This document shows, one piece after another, positions 1 through 11,910 of a DNA stretch of 64,000 bases (the stretch's first letter is position 1; each line of letters starts with the position of its first letter). The position numbers and the translations under genes are program-made. The stretch comes from Scyliorhinus canicula. Its lineage: Eukaryota. The stretch covers positions 31,447,908 to 31,511,907 of the forward strand of contig NC_052161.1 of the NCBI RefSeq assembly GCF_902713615.1, given 5' to 3'. A model generated the notes under the pieces. It ran no database searches. It saw only the letters and a program-made list of their open reading frames with translations, and had not been told where the DNA came from.

Positions 1-354
1 TCAAGTTTTCATGGTGAACAAATGGCTCAAGCCCTATTTACAAGATGAGACCAACTTATAGCATGTGGAATTTTAAGAACCTCAACACATTTAAAAAAAA
101 AAGAAAATTCAAGATGATTTTCCAAACTAAAGGTTAAAATTATGAATTTTATATGAATTTGGACAGATTTGTAAGAATACAAGTCCTAATGCAAAGTGTA
201 GGTTGTCAGATCCTCTGATCATCCTTACAGCTGTGAGCAGATTTTAATATATTCTGCACACTTTGTTCTTCAGAAACTAAAAGGAGAATTAAAATATGCA
301 TTCAAAAATACTAAAATGATGCTTTGCATCAGTTTTCATACTGGATGAATGAAA

Positions 355-518
355 GGAAATCTTCAAGACTGAAACTTATTGATTTTTGTTGGGTAACTGT
401 ATTAAGTGTGGAACAAGGGCAGGCAAATAGAGCTAAGGTACAAAGCAGCCATGATCAAATTGAATGACAAAGCAGGTATGAGGGGATGATTGGCCCTCTT
501 CTGTTTATATGTTCCTAA
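355..518 (+). mobile_element. Old CR1-type LINE 3' tail
   Basis: cttcaagactgaa...cagccatgatcaaattgaatgacaaagcagg...tatgttcct resembles the other CR1 3' ends in the window (e.g. 40920-41060). Confidence 0.6.
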
Positions 519-2254
519 ATACAGCTGAGGAAAGGCGACTATTTCCTATGTCCAACCCTGGTGTCCCTCCTCAAAAGATACAATTATCAACTGATGCAAA
601 AGCTTGAGGTAATTATTGAATAATGCCTTTGCAGTTAAAATTTGGATTAAATAAATCTGTCTCAAATCTACTCAAGGAAGTTTCTTTCCCCCTCAATAAC
701 CCCACCAACGTGCTAAAAATAATGATGAGTTCACTGAGATGAGACTATCAAATAGGCATGGATCAATCCAAGTGCACTTTCCCAAGCTTCTTGTGTTTTA
801 AAACAATGCTTTGTTTTAAAATGCTTGCATATGGAAAAAGCAGAAGTAATTATGAAATTCAATCTCTGCTATAACATTATTTTAAACATATTTAAGCAAT
901 TCATTCATCATCTAGTTCTCTTCATGCTTCTGGGATCAACAGCTCACACTGATGAATTTTCTCAGACAGTAGTCTGTTATCTAATCACCTCTAACCACAT
1001 GATAAAAATAAATGGAAATGTTCTAGTTTTATTTGCTAATGAGAGCAACGTAATCTTTTGAAGAGAAGGTGGAGAAAAAATAACTTTGAAGTTTTATACA
1101 GTCTATTTGACTAAGCTCCTGTAATCTAATTTTTTTTTTGATTTTTCACAATTGATTACGCTTTGTAGATCAAATAATTAGATATTTTGGAAGACTGCCT
1201 GTCATACAAGTTCACCTTGCAAACTCGAATGACAGATTGCCTGCCACGCTTTGCTAAAGTACTGTTTGTTTCAGCAGCAAAGCTGGCAGCAGCTGTAATA
1301 CAGGCGTTTGTGTGGTTTAAAATCAGATTATTAGAACAGCAAACCTCAGGCTTGGCTTTTCTCACTCCAACCATGAAACTGTTCATCGCCAATGGATAAT
1401 ATGCCAGCATAACAGAAATTCAAAAAACTGTGACGTTCCTGCTTCAATGGCAATATGATAAGATGGGACAGCGGCCAGGAATCCAGGTCAACAAAGATCA
1501 GATTTCTGGGCATATATCAAACTTGCATACTACTATATCATGTTTAATTTCAGTTCAGAAGGTAATACACTAAGAAGCCTTCATGTGGTGATGACATATT
1601 AACTGTCACTTAACCAATATGGACTTCTTTGATATCTAACTGATAAACATCCTTTACACACAATTGGAGCCCAGCCTGCTGCGATAAGCTTCAGAAAACT
1701 ATGTACTGAGCACATACATGACTATGCCATTACAGATGAATAATTTCACAAATGATCTCCAATTCCAATATCACGTGAGGTTTGGAAGCGTCATTGCAAT
1801 GACTTGTTTTGGCCTTAAGCTAAACTAAAAGTAACCCCTTAATGCCCTAAAGGGCTACTTCTACATTTTGGATTGCCTTGAAATGGTAAGGTAAATGGAG
1901 GAAAAACAAAAACAAATTAATGACTAGAAAAAGTGTCTCAAGATGTATCGCTGTAGATGTGTGTCTGATAAAAGAGGAACAGTTATGGGCAGTCAAGTTT
2001 TATGGAGCTTTTTATCATTTGAAGAATGAAAAAGATTATCCACCTTCTTAATTCCAAATCATTCATACCTTGAAAGACTGTGGAAAAGCCATATATGTTT
2101 TAAAGGAAATAGGTCCTTGCAATGGGAGCCATAATACTAGCTAACAAGATTGCTCTTCCAAATCAGCTGTTGCGTGCTGAATAAATTTTAATAAAGTGAG
2201 CATTGAGCCTTGTTCAATCCAACAATTACATATGATTGTACATAGAACTGTCAA

Positions 2255-3298
2255 GCATCATCTCAGTCCTAGGACATTGCTGTAAGAGTTCTCAGAGTAA
2301 TGTCCGAGGCTCAACCATCTTCAACTGCTCCATCACTAAACTTTCCTTTATCTCCATCACAAGATCAGAATTATTTGCTGATGATTGCAGAGTGTTCAAC
2401 GCCATTTACAATTCCGCAGATAATGAAACAGCTCTTGCCTGCATCCAGCAAGGTCTGGGCAACATTCAGATTTCAGCCTGCAATATTTACGGCTAACAAC
2501 TGTCAGGCAATGATCAGCTCTGACAAGAGAGAATCTAACCATCTCTCCTTGACGTTTAGTGGAATTAACATTGCTGAATCCTCAAATATCAATATCCTTG
2601 GTGGTGGTGGTGGTGGAGGGGGTTTGTGAGGGGGGTTTGGGGGGGGGGGGGGAACAGGAGTAGGGCTAACACTAAGCTTAACTGGACCAGCCACATAAAT
2701 ATCGTGGCTGCAAGCCGGTCAATGCTGGAAATTCTGAGACAAGTAACCCACTTCCTGGCTCCCCAAAGTCTGTCCACCATCTCCTGGTAAATCAGACTGT
2801 GATGAAATACTCCCCACATCCCTGGATTAGTGCAGCTCAAAACATTCAAGAAGCTCAAAACTGTTTAGGACAAAGCAGTCAGCTTGACTAGTATCCCGTT
2901 AACCACATTAAATATTCACTTCTTTCACCACCTGCATACACAGGCAGCAACGTGGACCATCTGCAAGGTGCACCACAGCAACTCACCAAGCCTACATGAA
3001 TGGCATCTTCTCAACCCACAACCCCCACCATCCAAGTAAACCAAAAGTAGCAGGTGCCTCGTATGGAAATACGAATACCTGCAAGTTTGCCTCCAGGTCA
3101 CACGTTATCCTAGTTTGGAAACAGGTTGCCATCCATGTTGTTCAAAATACTGAACAGCTCTCTCTGTGTGTGTACCTAAAGCACGAGGACTGCAGCGGTT
3201 CATGGCAGCGGCTCACCACTTCTCAAAACCAATAATGGATGGGCAATAAATGCCAGTCTTGCCGGTGATTGCCACATTTCATGAACTTATTTTAAAAA
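2255..3298 (+). mobile_element. Decayed LINE of the CR1/L2 group (family 'B' here), RT region plus 3' tail
   Basis: Broken RT reading: ...IFNCSI...LFADDCRVF...CQAMISSDKRESNHLSLTFSGINIAESSNINILG. Tail gatgggcaataaatgcc is shared with 36480-36545 and 51960-52030. Confidence 0.85.
2599..2652. repeat. (GGT)n / poly-G tract inside the LINE RT
   Basis: tggtggtggtggtggagggggtttgtgagggggggtttggggggggggggg. Confidence 0.9.
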
Positions 3299-3511
3299 GC
3301 TACATAGCACAAGGGTGAACAAACTGCTGCCCACAAGTCATTAAATCCTTGAAAATAGTCTTCCGTGCCAAGGCAATTCAGTTCCATTTGTGATTATTTT
3401 GGCTGGTTGGCATTCTGTGGATGCAATTTGGAAAGGGTAGTTGTTGCCTCATTAGTGGATAATTCCTCATTCAGAAGCTTAGTTGATAGGGACAATAATC
3501 AGGACAGTCAA

Positions 3512-3646
3512 CTTTTGCAGCAGGGTCATATGGACTCGAGACACTAACTGTGTTTCTCTCTCCACAGATGCTGCCAGACCTGTTGAGTTTATCCGGCATT
3601 TTCTGTTTTTATTTCAGATTACCAGCACCTGCAGTATTTTGCTTTA
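3512..3646 (+). mobile_element. Penelope-like element terminal fragment with a degenerate hammerhead
   Basis: gggtc-atatg-gactc-gaga followed by ctgtgtttctctctccacagatgctgccagacctgttgag...gcagtattttgcttt. Related to 16935-17030 and 57940-58070. Confidence 0.6.
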
Positions 3647-5486
3647 ACTTTTTCTCCCTTCAGTTTCCTTGTGCGTTTTTAATTTACTTGTAAAAGAAGG
3701 CGGCAACTAAATAGAAAACACAAAAAACAATTTTATGAACAGGAAAAGGGCCTCAAGATCTGTTACCTCACATGTGTGTTTGGCGATATCTGACAGGGAT
3801 GGCTGGATTTCTGAGGCTAATTGCACTTGTTCCGAACACATGATTTATGTGCTTCAGCTATTCTTCACGGGTGCATTTCATGCGCCGCAACAAATTTATT
3901 TAAAAAGCATATTTATACAGCAATTCGGAGCCTCAGCAACATTCACTCAGCTGCTACACTTCATACAATATAGAAAGCTACTGCAAGATGTTGGTTTAGA
4001 TACGCTGTCTCAACTGAGGAAACATGAACATGAAGTGTACTGTGTGTTTACTGCATAGTTTGAAGCTAAAAGATGTACTATGTAACCACAGCCCAGCCGG
4101 GGCATGTTCTTTGCTCAACAGTAAAAATTCAATTTATGCTTTAGCTCCTTGTTTTGCCTGTTCTCTAGCTGTTAATATACATATAAAGATTAGTATTGAA
4201 TTGGTTGCCAGTGTTACCATATGACCATAAAAGCATAGCTTTGTTTTCTTTTGTGTCTTTGAGCTATAAAAGATAGGTTAGTAGTTTTCTGAGATCTGCC
4301 ACCGTACTGATGTCTTGTGGCCCAGAAAAAGCTGAAAAATAAAATAAAAACTTCGGCAAGCAGATTAGATAACTGAAAAATTGATACTTTTAACTAATCA
4401 AACTCCTGTACAGAGGCTGAGGACTTTGTCCCAAACGCTGGTGAGGAGGCTCTCCTTGCTAGCAGCAAAAAATTTTCAGCTGGGAAAAAGTAAACTGCTG
4501 TGTGAGTTAGGCTCTGCACAATGCAACAGTGGACAACTATGTATAACACCATCAATCTTCAGCATCATGATGAGATATTCATGTGCGTTCTCAGTATATA
4601 TTTGCCTAGACCTATCAGTATAGAGTATATTCCAATGGTATATGAGAATGAAAGTAGAATGGCAGCATTCTCTAATTGTTTTTTCAATCTATTTTATAAC
4701 AAGGAATTTACAATTATTAATCATTAGTCATGTGCCACCTTTGTGTTACAACTCCACTTGTAGACACGGTGCAAATTCAAGCCCTATAATTTAAGTTTAC
4801 GATTCAATTAGTTCAATACCAATTATTAAAATCATTTTAAATTTTCAAAAGCTGTACAAATAATTTATATTGAAAAGGTAGCATAACTTAAAATAGTCCC
4901 TAACCCACACTTACGCCAACTTGAATATAAACAGAACTCTAGACAATAGCCGGTGGCAGCAGAAAGACCTCGGATGTTCATCAAGTCTGCCAACTACTGG
5001 AACCCATTCTACAGGCTTTCTCCTGTCATGAAAGTCTCGCTCCTGAATACAACGTTTTCTACAATCAGTCAACCTCCCCTCAGAAGAAACATTCCAGTTG
5101 ACTCAAGATTCTGGGCACATGTAAAACTGACCTGTATTTCTATTGTGGTCGTTTCCAGAACCCTCCTCCTTTTTCCTTATTTCCCCCATTTATTGCGCGA
5201 GTCTAAAAAGGGGTGGACATTGTGAAACCACTCTCACGTGTGTTTAAAAATAAACCAACACTTTAATTTGCTGTTGTAAGAGTAAATTAATAGGTTTAGT
5301 AATTAACTACAAGAGGGAAACAGGTGAAGTGAAAGCTTGAGAATTTTTCAAGTCTATGCAATTATACAGCAATCACATGTTACCACTGCTTTTATATACT
5401 ATTGTACTGTTTTAATTATATCTAAAAATTAGTTGTGAGAAGAGGAGCGTAAAGGGAAATGAAGTTGGGCTAGGCCAAGGGCCAAA

Positions 5487-6523
5487 TGGATTGGATTGGA
5501 TTGCATTTGTTTATTGTCACGTGTACCGAGGTACAGTGAAAAGTATTTTTCTGCAAGCAGCTCAACAGATCATTAAGTACATGGGAAGAAAAGGGAATAA
5601 AAGAAAATACATAATAGGGCAACTCAACATATACAATGCAACTACATAAGCACTGGCATCGGATGAAGCATACAGGGTGTAGTGTTAATGAGGTCAGTCA
5701 ATAAGACAGTCATTTAGGATTCTGGTGACAGTGGGGAAGAAGCTGTTTTTGAGTCTGTTCGTACGTGTTCTCAGACTTCTGTATCTCCTGCCCGATGGAT
5801 GAAGTTGGAAGAGTGAGTAAGCCGGGTGGGAGGGATCTTTGATTATGCTGTCCGCTTTCCCCAGGCAGTGGGAGGTGTAGATGGAGTCCATGGATGGGAG
5901 GCAGGTTCGTGTGATGGACTGGGCGGTATTCACGACTCTCTGAAGTTTCTTGTGGTCCTGGGCTGAGCAGTTGCCATACCAGGCTGTGATGCAGCCCGAT
6001 AGGATGCTTTCTATGGTGCATCTGTAAAAGTTGGTATGGGTTAATGTAGACATGCCGAATTTCCTTAGTTTCCTGAGGAAGTATAGGCGCTGTTGTGCTT
6101 TCTTGGTGATAGCGTCAATGTGAGTGGACCAGGACAGATTTTTGGAGATGTGCACCCCTAGGAATTTGAAACTGCTAACCATCTCCACCTCGGCCCCGAT
6201 GATGCTGACAGGGGTGTGTACAGTACTTTGCTTCCTGAAGTCAATGACCAGCTCTTTAGTTTTGCCGGCATTGAGGGAGAGATTGTTGTCGTTACATCAC
6301 TCCACTAGGTTCTCTATCTCCCTCCTGTATTCTGACTCGTCGTTATTCGAGATCCGGCCCACTATGGTCGTATCGTCAGCAAACTTGTAGATAGAGTTGG
6401 AACCAAGTTTTGCCACGCAGTCGTGTGTGTACAGGGATTAGAGTAGGGGGCTAAGTACGCAGCCTTGCGGGGCCCCGGTATTGAGGACTATTGTGGAGGA
6501 GGTGTTGGTGTTCATTCTTACTG

Positions 6524-6526
<3 letters not shown>
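5487..6526 (-). mobile_element. Rex1/Babar-clade LINE, 5'-truncated, with RT C-terminal half and 3' UTR
   Basis: Minus strand PQGCVLSP, YKFADDTTIVGRISNNDESEYRREIENL, then ORF 5694..6188 (FKFLGVHISKNLSWSTHIDAITKKAQQRLYFLRKLRKF...IESILSGCITAWYGN). Ends in a (CCAAT)n tail at 5487-5503. Confidence 0.92.

Positions 6527-6607
<81 letters not shown>
6527..6607. repeat. G28 run followed by a (GA)n microsatellite
   Basis: Directly visible; sits at the 5' truncation point of the Rex element. Confidence 0.97.
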
Positions 6608-6611
<4 letters not shown>

Positions 6612-6983
6612 TGAATAGGTTCAGTAAAAGGGGAAATAAGTCTAAAACTCCCGCATTAGAATAAAAAGCACATGATAGCCAAATGCTATACCTCAAGGGC
6701 TTGGGATCAGCAGAACCCACCAGCAAGGTTGTTTACTTTTTAGAAGAACAGACTTCTAGATTACAAACAAGCATTTGGGTGAAGGTTTAATAATAAACCT
6801 ACATAGGTAAGATTGGAATTTTAAAATGTTCTGTGTACTGACTAACTGAATAAGCAGTCTGTGTGAGTGAGTTAGAGGAGAGAGCTGTATTAATGCTCTC
6901 CCCATGATTGCTGCCTTACCACTGTATCAGAGGAGGGTATTCCTCCAGGGGTTTCTCTAGGGTAGTTCTCTCCATGCTTGAAT

Positions 6984-7493
6984 GATAGAAAGCATCCTAT
7001 CTGGCTGCATAACAGCCGGGTATGGCAACTGCTCGGCCCAAGACCGTAAGAAACTACAGAGTCATTAACACAGCCTAGCCCATCACGCAAAACCGCATTC
7101 CATCCATTGATTCGGTCTACATATTCCGCTGCCTTGGGAAAGCGTGCAGCATAATCAAGGACCCCTTCCACCCAGGTTATTCATGCTTCCAATTTCTTCT
7201 ATTGTGCAGGAGATACAAAACTCTGAGAACACGTACAAACAGGTTCAAAAATAGCTTCTTCTCTGCTGTTACCAGACTCCTGAATGACTCTCTCATGGAC
7301 TGATCTAATCTCTTCACACATTTTCTCTACTGAGTAATTCTGCACTCCGTATGCTTCACCCGAATGCCTGTGTCTACGTATTTATATTCTGTATTTATTG
7401 ATGTCCTATGTTTTTTTTGATCAGTCTGGACTTTACGCAGGACAATACTTTTCACTGTACCTTGGTACACGTGACAATAAAACAAATCCAATC
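6984..7493 (+). mobile_element. Rex1/Babar LINE 3' fragment (second copy, opposite orientation)
   Basis: atagaaagcatcctatctggctgcataacagcc...ttttcactgtaccttggtacacgtgacaataaaacaaatccaatc is the reverse complement of about 5490-6015. Confidence 0.9.
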
Positions 7494-8789
7494 ATGAATT
7501 AACTATTGCAATCTGTCCCTGGGTCTTCTGTGGTTAATTGGAAGAAATCAGCCAAAACACTGTGCAAGTCATTAATAGAGGATTGGAAACTTCGAAATTT
7601 AAGGGTTGGGAAAAATACGTCACCATTTATAAAGGGAGAAATCAGGATAATAAAAGACCTTTCTCTTTATGGACAGTTAGAGACTGGGGAAATCAGGGCA
7701 GTTAAAACTAACTCCCCTCCTCTCTGTGTCACAATTTTCTCATCCATCAGTATTCAATGGTATCATGGCAAGATCCAATCATTTATTAGCCATATTTCGT
7801 GACTTCTGTGTTGCTACAGAGTTTAGCTTTGCCTGTCTTAACAGGTTCATACTGTGGAAGTTTGGATGACGGTGATATTTGCAGGAACTTATGGAACTAG
7901 TCTTCAGTTGATATTATTCATAAGTAAAAAGGCACAGCACAATGATATTGGTGAATAAAAAATAAGATGTCCCTGGTTTTCAGCAATCAAGTGAGGAAGA
8001 GGTTAACTGTTACCCTTGAATTCTCTGCAAAGTATAACTTAGATTAGTCTTCAAGAATAGCTGAATTTTAGCACATGCGAATCAAAACTTTAAATAAAAC
8101 TACTCTAATTTCTCTGCAGCCTAGTTTAAAAATAAGTATTTTCCATCTAATCTCCAGGGCAAATGAATAAATTTGCCTCTTGCAAGTGAATTTTCAGACA
8201 CCAAAATCAGCATTCCTATTTATTTACCTTAAACATTTTTTCATTTTTAAGGTGATGAATTAGAATGATACAAACTGACTTCAGGATTATAGGTTTACAT
8301 TAGCAACACAACATTCAAGTGGTGTTAGGAAAGAAAATCAATCATCTTACCAGTCACAGTTTAGAGAAAAATGTAAAACAAATAAAAATAAATCAAAAGC
8401 GAAGACAGACACAGTGAACCAAGGTCATGTGGGGCAGCTTACGTCAAATATGCCTCACAGCTGCCCAAGTGTTTGAGTGAATACATGGTGAACTTTTGTT
8501 TCAGTAAAAAAGCTCGGGATTTAAGTCCACTCCAAGAAGAGCAGAGCTGAAAATTGGACTCTAATGGAGTACTGAGGGCATGCTACACTGTTGGAGGTGT
8601 CAGTTTTTTGTGAAGCAACATAGATGTTCGTATATAAGTTGATCTTTGAAATCTCAAAGATTCCCTCCATATATGGGAGTCAACTTACATGCTCAGTATA
8701 AAACGGACTGCTAGTGTGGTTGTAGATGATCGCCATTTTTGTTGATTGCCACATGGGATCTGCTCTGTGTGGGCAAGTCTTAAACTCTC

Positions 8790-9535
8790 GTGTATCTTTG
8801 CAACACAGCCAGTATCACCTGTTTGATCCCTTGCAAGGTGCTGGTAAGTAAAATATCCATTTGTGCGATGAATCGGATCAGATCTAAGCTCTGCAGTCTT
8901 GTCACATCCAGCCGTGCATGGTGGTGGACAATTAAACAACTCACTGGAGGAGGAAACTCTACAAATATCCCTATTCTCAATGATGGTGGATCCCAGCACA
9001 TGAAAAAGACAAGGCTGATGCAATTGCAACATTCTTCAGCCAGAAGTGCTGAGTGGGTGATCCATCTCGGTCCCCTCCATAGGCCCCCAGCATTACAATC
9101 TTCAGTCAATTCGATTCATCCCATGTGACATCAAGAAACAGCTGAAGGCACTGGATACTGCAAAGGCTATGGGTCCTGGCAATATAATATATAATAATCT
9201 TTACTGTGAAAAGCCCCTAGTCGCCACATCCGGCACATGTTCGAGTGCACAGCGAGGGAATTCAGAATGTCCAAATTACCCAACAGTACGTCTTTCAGGA
9301 CTTGTGGGACGAAACCGGAGCACCCGGAAGAAAACCACGCAGACAAGGGAAGAACGTACAGACTCCACACAGACAATGACCCAAGCCGGGAATCAAACCT
9401 GGAACCCTGAAGCTGTGAAGCAGCTATGCTAACTACTATGCTACCGTGCTGCCACCACCTGCTCAAGGGTAATTAGGAATAGATAAGTGCTGAACTTGCT
9501 TGTGATACTCACATCTCAAGAATGATTTTTTTTAA
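8790..9535 (+). mobile_element. Family 'B' LINE fragment interrupted by a SINE
   Basis: ORF 8790..9128 IRSKLCSLVTSSRAWWWTIKQLTGGGNSTNIPILNDGG matches the reverse complement of 53590-53720. Tail at 9452-9535. Confidence 0.8.
9181..9453 (-). mobile_element. V-domain SINE, (AAT)n-tailed subtype
   Basis: Head ggcagcacggtagcatagtagttagc, V-domain gtgtggagtctgtacgttcttccc, tail gtggcgactaggggcttttcacagtaa plus (AAT)n. Confidence 0.9.
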
Positions 9536-9654
9536 ATTGAGAGAGTAGGTCAAGGAAAAACTGGTTTAGGCTAGTGAAAACTATGTGAATGAATGATTTT
9601 TCTTCATAGAACTAATGGTCAATGCATCCTGGAAGATGATACGAAACAAACGTA

Positions 9655-10950
9655 GGGTCAAGGACAAACCATTCAGCAGTTTTGACCTGCTCCGTATTTG
9701 AAATAGGTAATGCAAATCTGTATCTTAACTCCATCTGCTTTCCCCCCATCTCTAGCCTCAACCAACACTTGGTTTTATAACCCTCAATATCCTCGCCTAA
9801 TAAAATCTATTAACCCCAATTTTGAAGTGTTTTATTTTACTGGAAATTTTTTTCAGATTCCTTCTTCTCTTTGAAGAAGTTCTTTCTGACATCGACCCTA
9901 AATGGTCCAGATCTAATTTTAAGATTATGCACCTTTTGTCTGGACTTTCCCAGCAGAGAAAACAGTTCCTATCAACAATATCAAACTGTTTAATTATCTT
10001 AAATGCTTTGATTAGATCACCTATAATCTTCTGCAGTCAGAGTACATGTCTAGCATTTGCAAGGTGTCCTCTTAACTGAACGATTTTAGCCACATAGATT
10101 CTAATAAATGTATGCTGCACTCCCTCCAAAACCTGTACTATATATCCTCCCTGAGGTGCACTGCCCAGAACTGAGTTCAGCAATCCAGGCGTGGTCTAAC
10201 CAGAGCTCTGCACAGTTATTCCATTAACTTCTACGCCTTGATAATCCAGCTTCTTGAAATCAAGGCCAACATTCTATTAAGCTTTTTAATATGTTTTTAT
10301 ACCTGTCGACTAGCTTTTAATGATTTCTGTACTCGGGACCTTAAATTTCCATGTTCATGCACAGTTCCGAGCTTATCCCCATTTACTTTGATCTTTCTCA
10401 TGTCCAAAGTGGATGACTACATTTTCCCACGCTGAACTCCATTTGCTACGGGTTTACCCACTCACTTAATCTGTCAATCTCTTTTTGCAACTTGCTGCAC
10501 TATCAACTGTGCAATTTAACTGAGTGTCATCAGCAAATTTAGAATCCATGGAATCCCTACAGTGCAACAGATGGCCATTTGGCCCATCATGTCTGCACTG
10601 ATCCTCCAAATGAGCACTCTTCCTAGGCCCACTTCCCCAACCTAAATCCATAAACTCGCGCATTGATCATGGCCAATCTACCTAATTTTCACATCTCTGG
10701 ATCATGGGTGGAAACCAGAACACCCGGAGGAAACCCACGCAGATACGGGGAGAACACGCAGATTCACACAGTCACCCAAGTCCAGAATCAAACCCGGATC
10801 CCTGGCACTGTGAGGCAGCAGTGCTAACCACTGTGCCGCCTTAGATATACAGCTTACTATTCCTTCATTCATTTATTAATGTCCTAAAAAAAAAACTGTG
10901 GCCCTTATTTTAATCCATGGGGTTACCCGGAGTCACAGCTGCCAGTTTGA
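9655..10950 (-). mobile_element. Decayed CR1-type LINE, with an HE1-like SINE inserted at 10541-10840
   Basis: Minus-strand SKFADDTQL (ORF 10466..10663) and CR1 motifs such as ggtctaaccagagctctg. Confidence 0.7.
10541..10840 (-). mobile_element. HE1-like V-SINE with CR1-type tail
   Basis: tRNA-like head, V-domain, and tail gggccaaatggcc...gcactgtagggattc. Confidence 0.9.
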
Positions 10951-11191
10951 GTACACGGTAGCACAATTGGATAGAACTGTGGCTTCACAATGCCAGGGTC
11001 CCCAACTCCACTCCAAAAACATGCTTTAAAATCTTCTTTCTCAATAATGCTTTCCATTACCGGTTTCTATTCTGAAATTCAGTCCAGGATTTCCCAATGA
11101 CTCTCTCAAACAAAGGTTCCACTCAAATTTTTAAGTTTTACACCACACCGTCAGGATTTATTTTGAACAATACCTTGGTCTCTGTTCTCTT

Positions 11192-11396
11192 TTTTTAAAA
11201 TTTAGAGTACCCAATTCATTTTTTCCAATTAAGGGGCAATTTAGCATGGCCAATCCACCTACCCTGCACATCTTTGGGTTGTGGGGGTGAAACCCACGCA
11301 AACACGGGGAGAATGTGCAAACTCCACACGGACAGTAACCCAGAGCCGGGATCGAACCTGGGACCTCAGCGCTAACCACTGCGCCACCGTGCTGCC
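11192..11396 (-). mobile_element. Short-tailed V-SINE
   Basis: Ends in ...aattgggtactctaaatttt. TSD tctctgttctctt at 11179-11191 and 11403-11415. Confidence 0.92.
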
Positions 11397-11608
11397 TAGT
11401 GATCTCTGTTCTCTTAACTCCAGTCATCTTAGTGCATTCTCTGTCCCAATTTCCTGGTTAACTGGACTGAAACTGGTCCCTTGGAAGACTGCTACTTTGG
11501 AGCTCGCTTGTCCTGTTCAAAGTTGAGAGATATTCACTCCTCACTGTCCTGTCTCCAACTGCCAACAGCTTTAGCTAAAACTAAGAACAAAAGAAATATC
11601 TTCCCTTC

Positions 11609-11910
11609 AGGGATGACACGGTGGCATAGTGCTTAGCACAGCGCCAGGGACCCGGGTTCGATTCCGACCTCGGATGATAGTCTGCGTGGAGTTTGCACAT
11701 TCTTTCTGCTTCTGCATAGGTTGTCTCTGGCTGCTCTGGTTGCCTCCCACAGTCCAAAGATATGCAGGTTAGGTGGATTGGCCATGCTAAATTGTCCCTA
11801 GGTGTAGTTGCGGGGATGGTGTTGGGGATTGGGCCTTGGTGAGTGCTCTTTTGGAGGATTGGTGCGGGATCGATGGGCTGAGTTGCCTTCCTCAGCATTG
11901 TAGGGATTAT
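11609..11910 (+). mobile_element. HE1-like V-SINE with CR1-type tail
   Basis: cacggtggcatagtg...gtggagtttgcacattct...ggccatgctaaattgtcc...cattgtagggatt. Confidence 0.9.

Noticed and set aside
5694-6188. 164-aa ORF as a host gene
   Set aside because: It is the C-terminal part of a 5'-truncated Rex/Babar LINE ORF.
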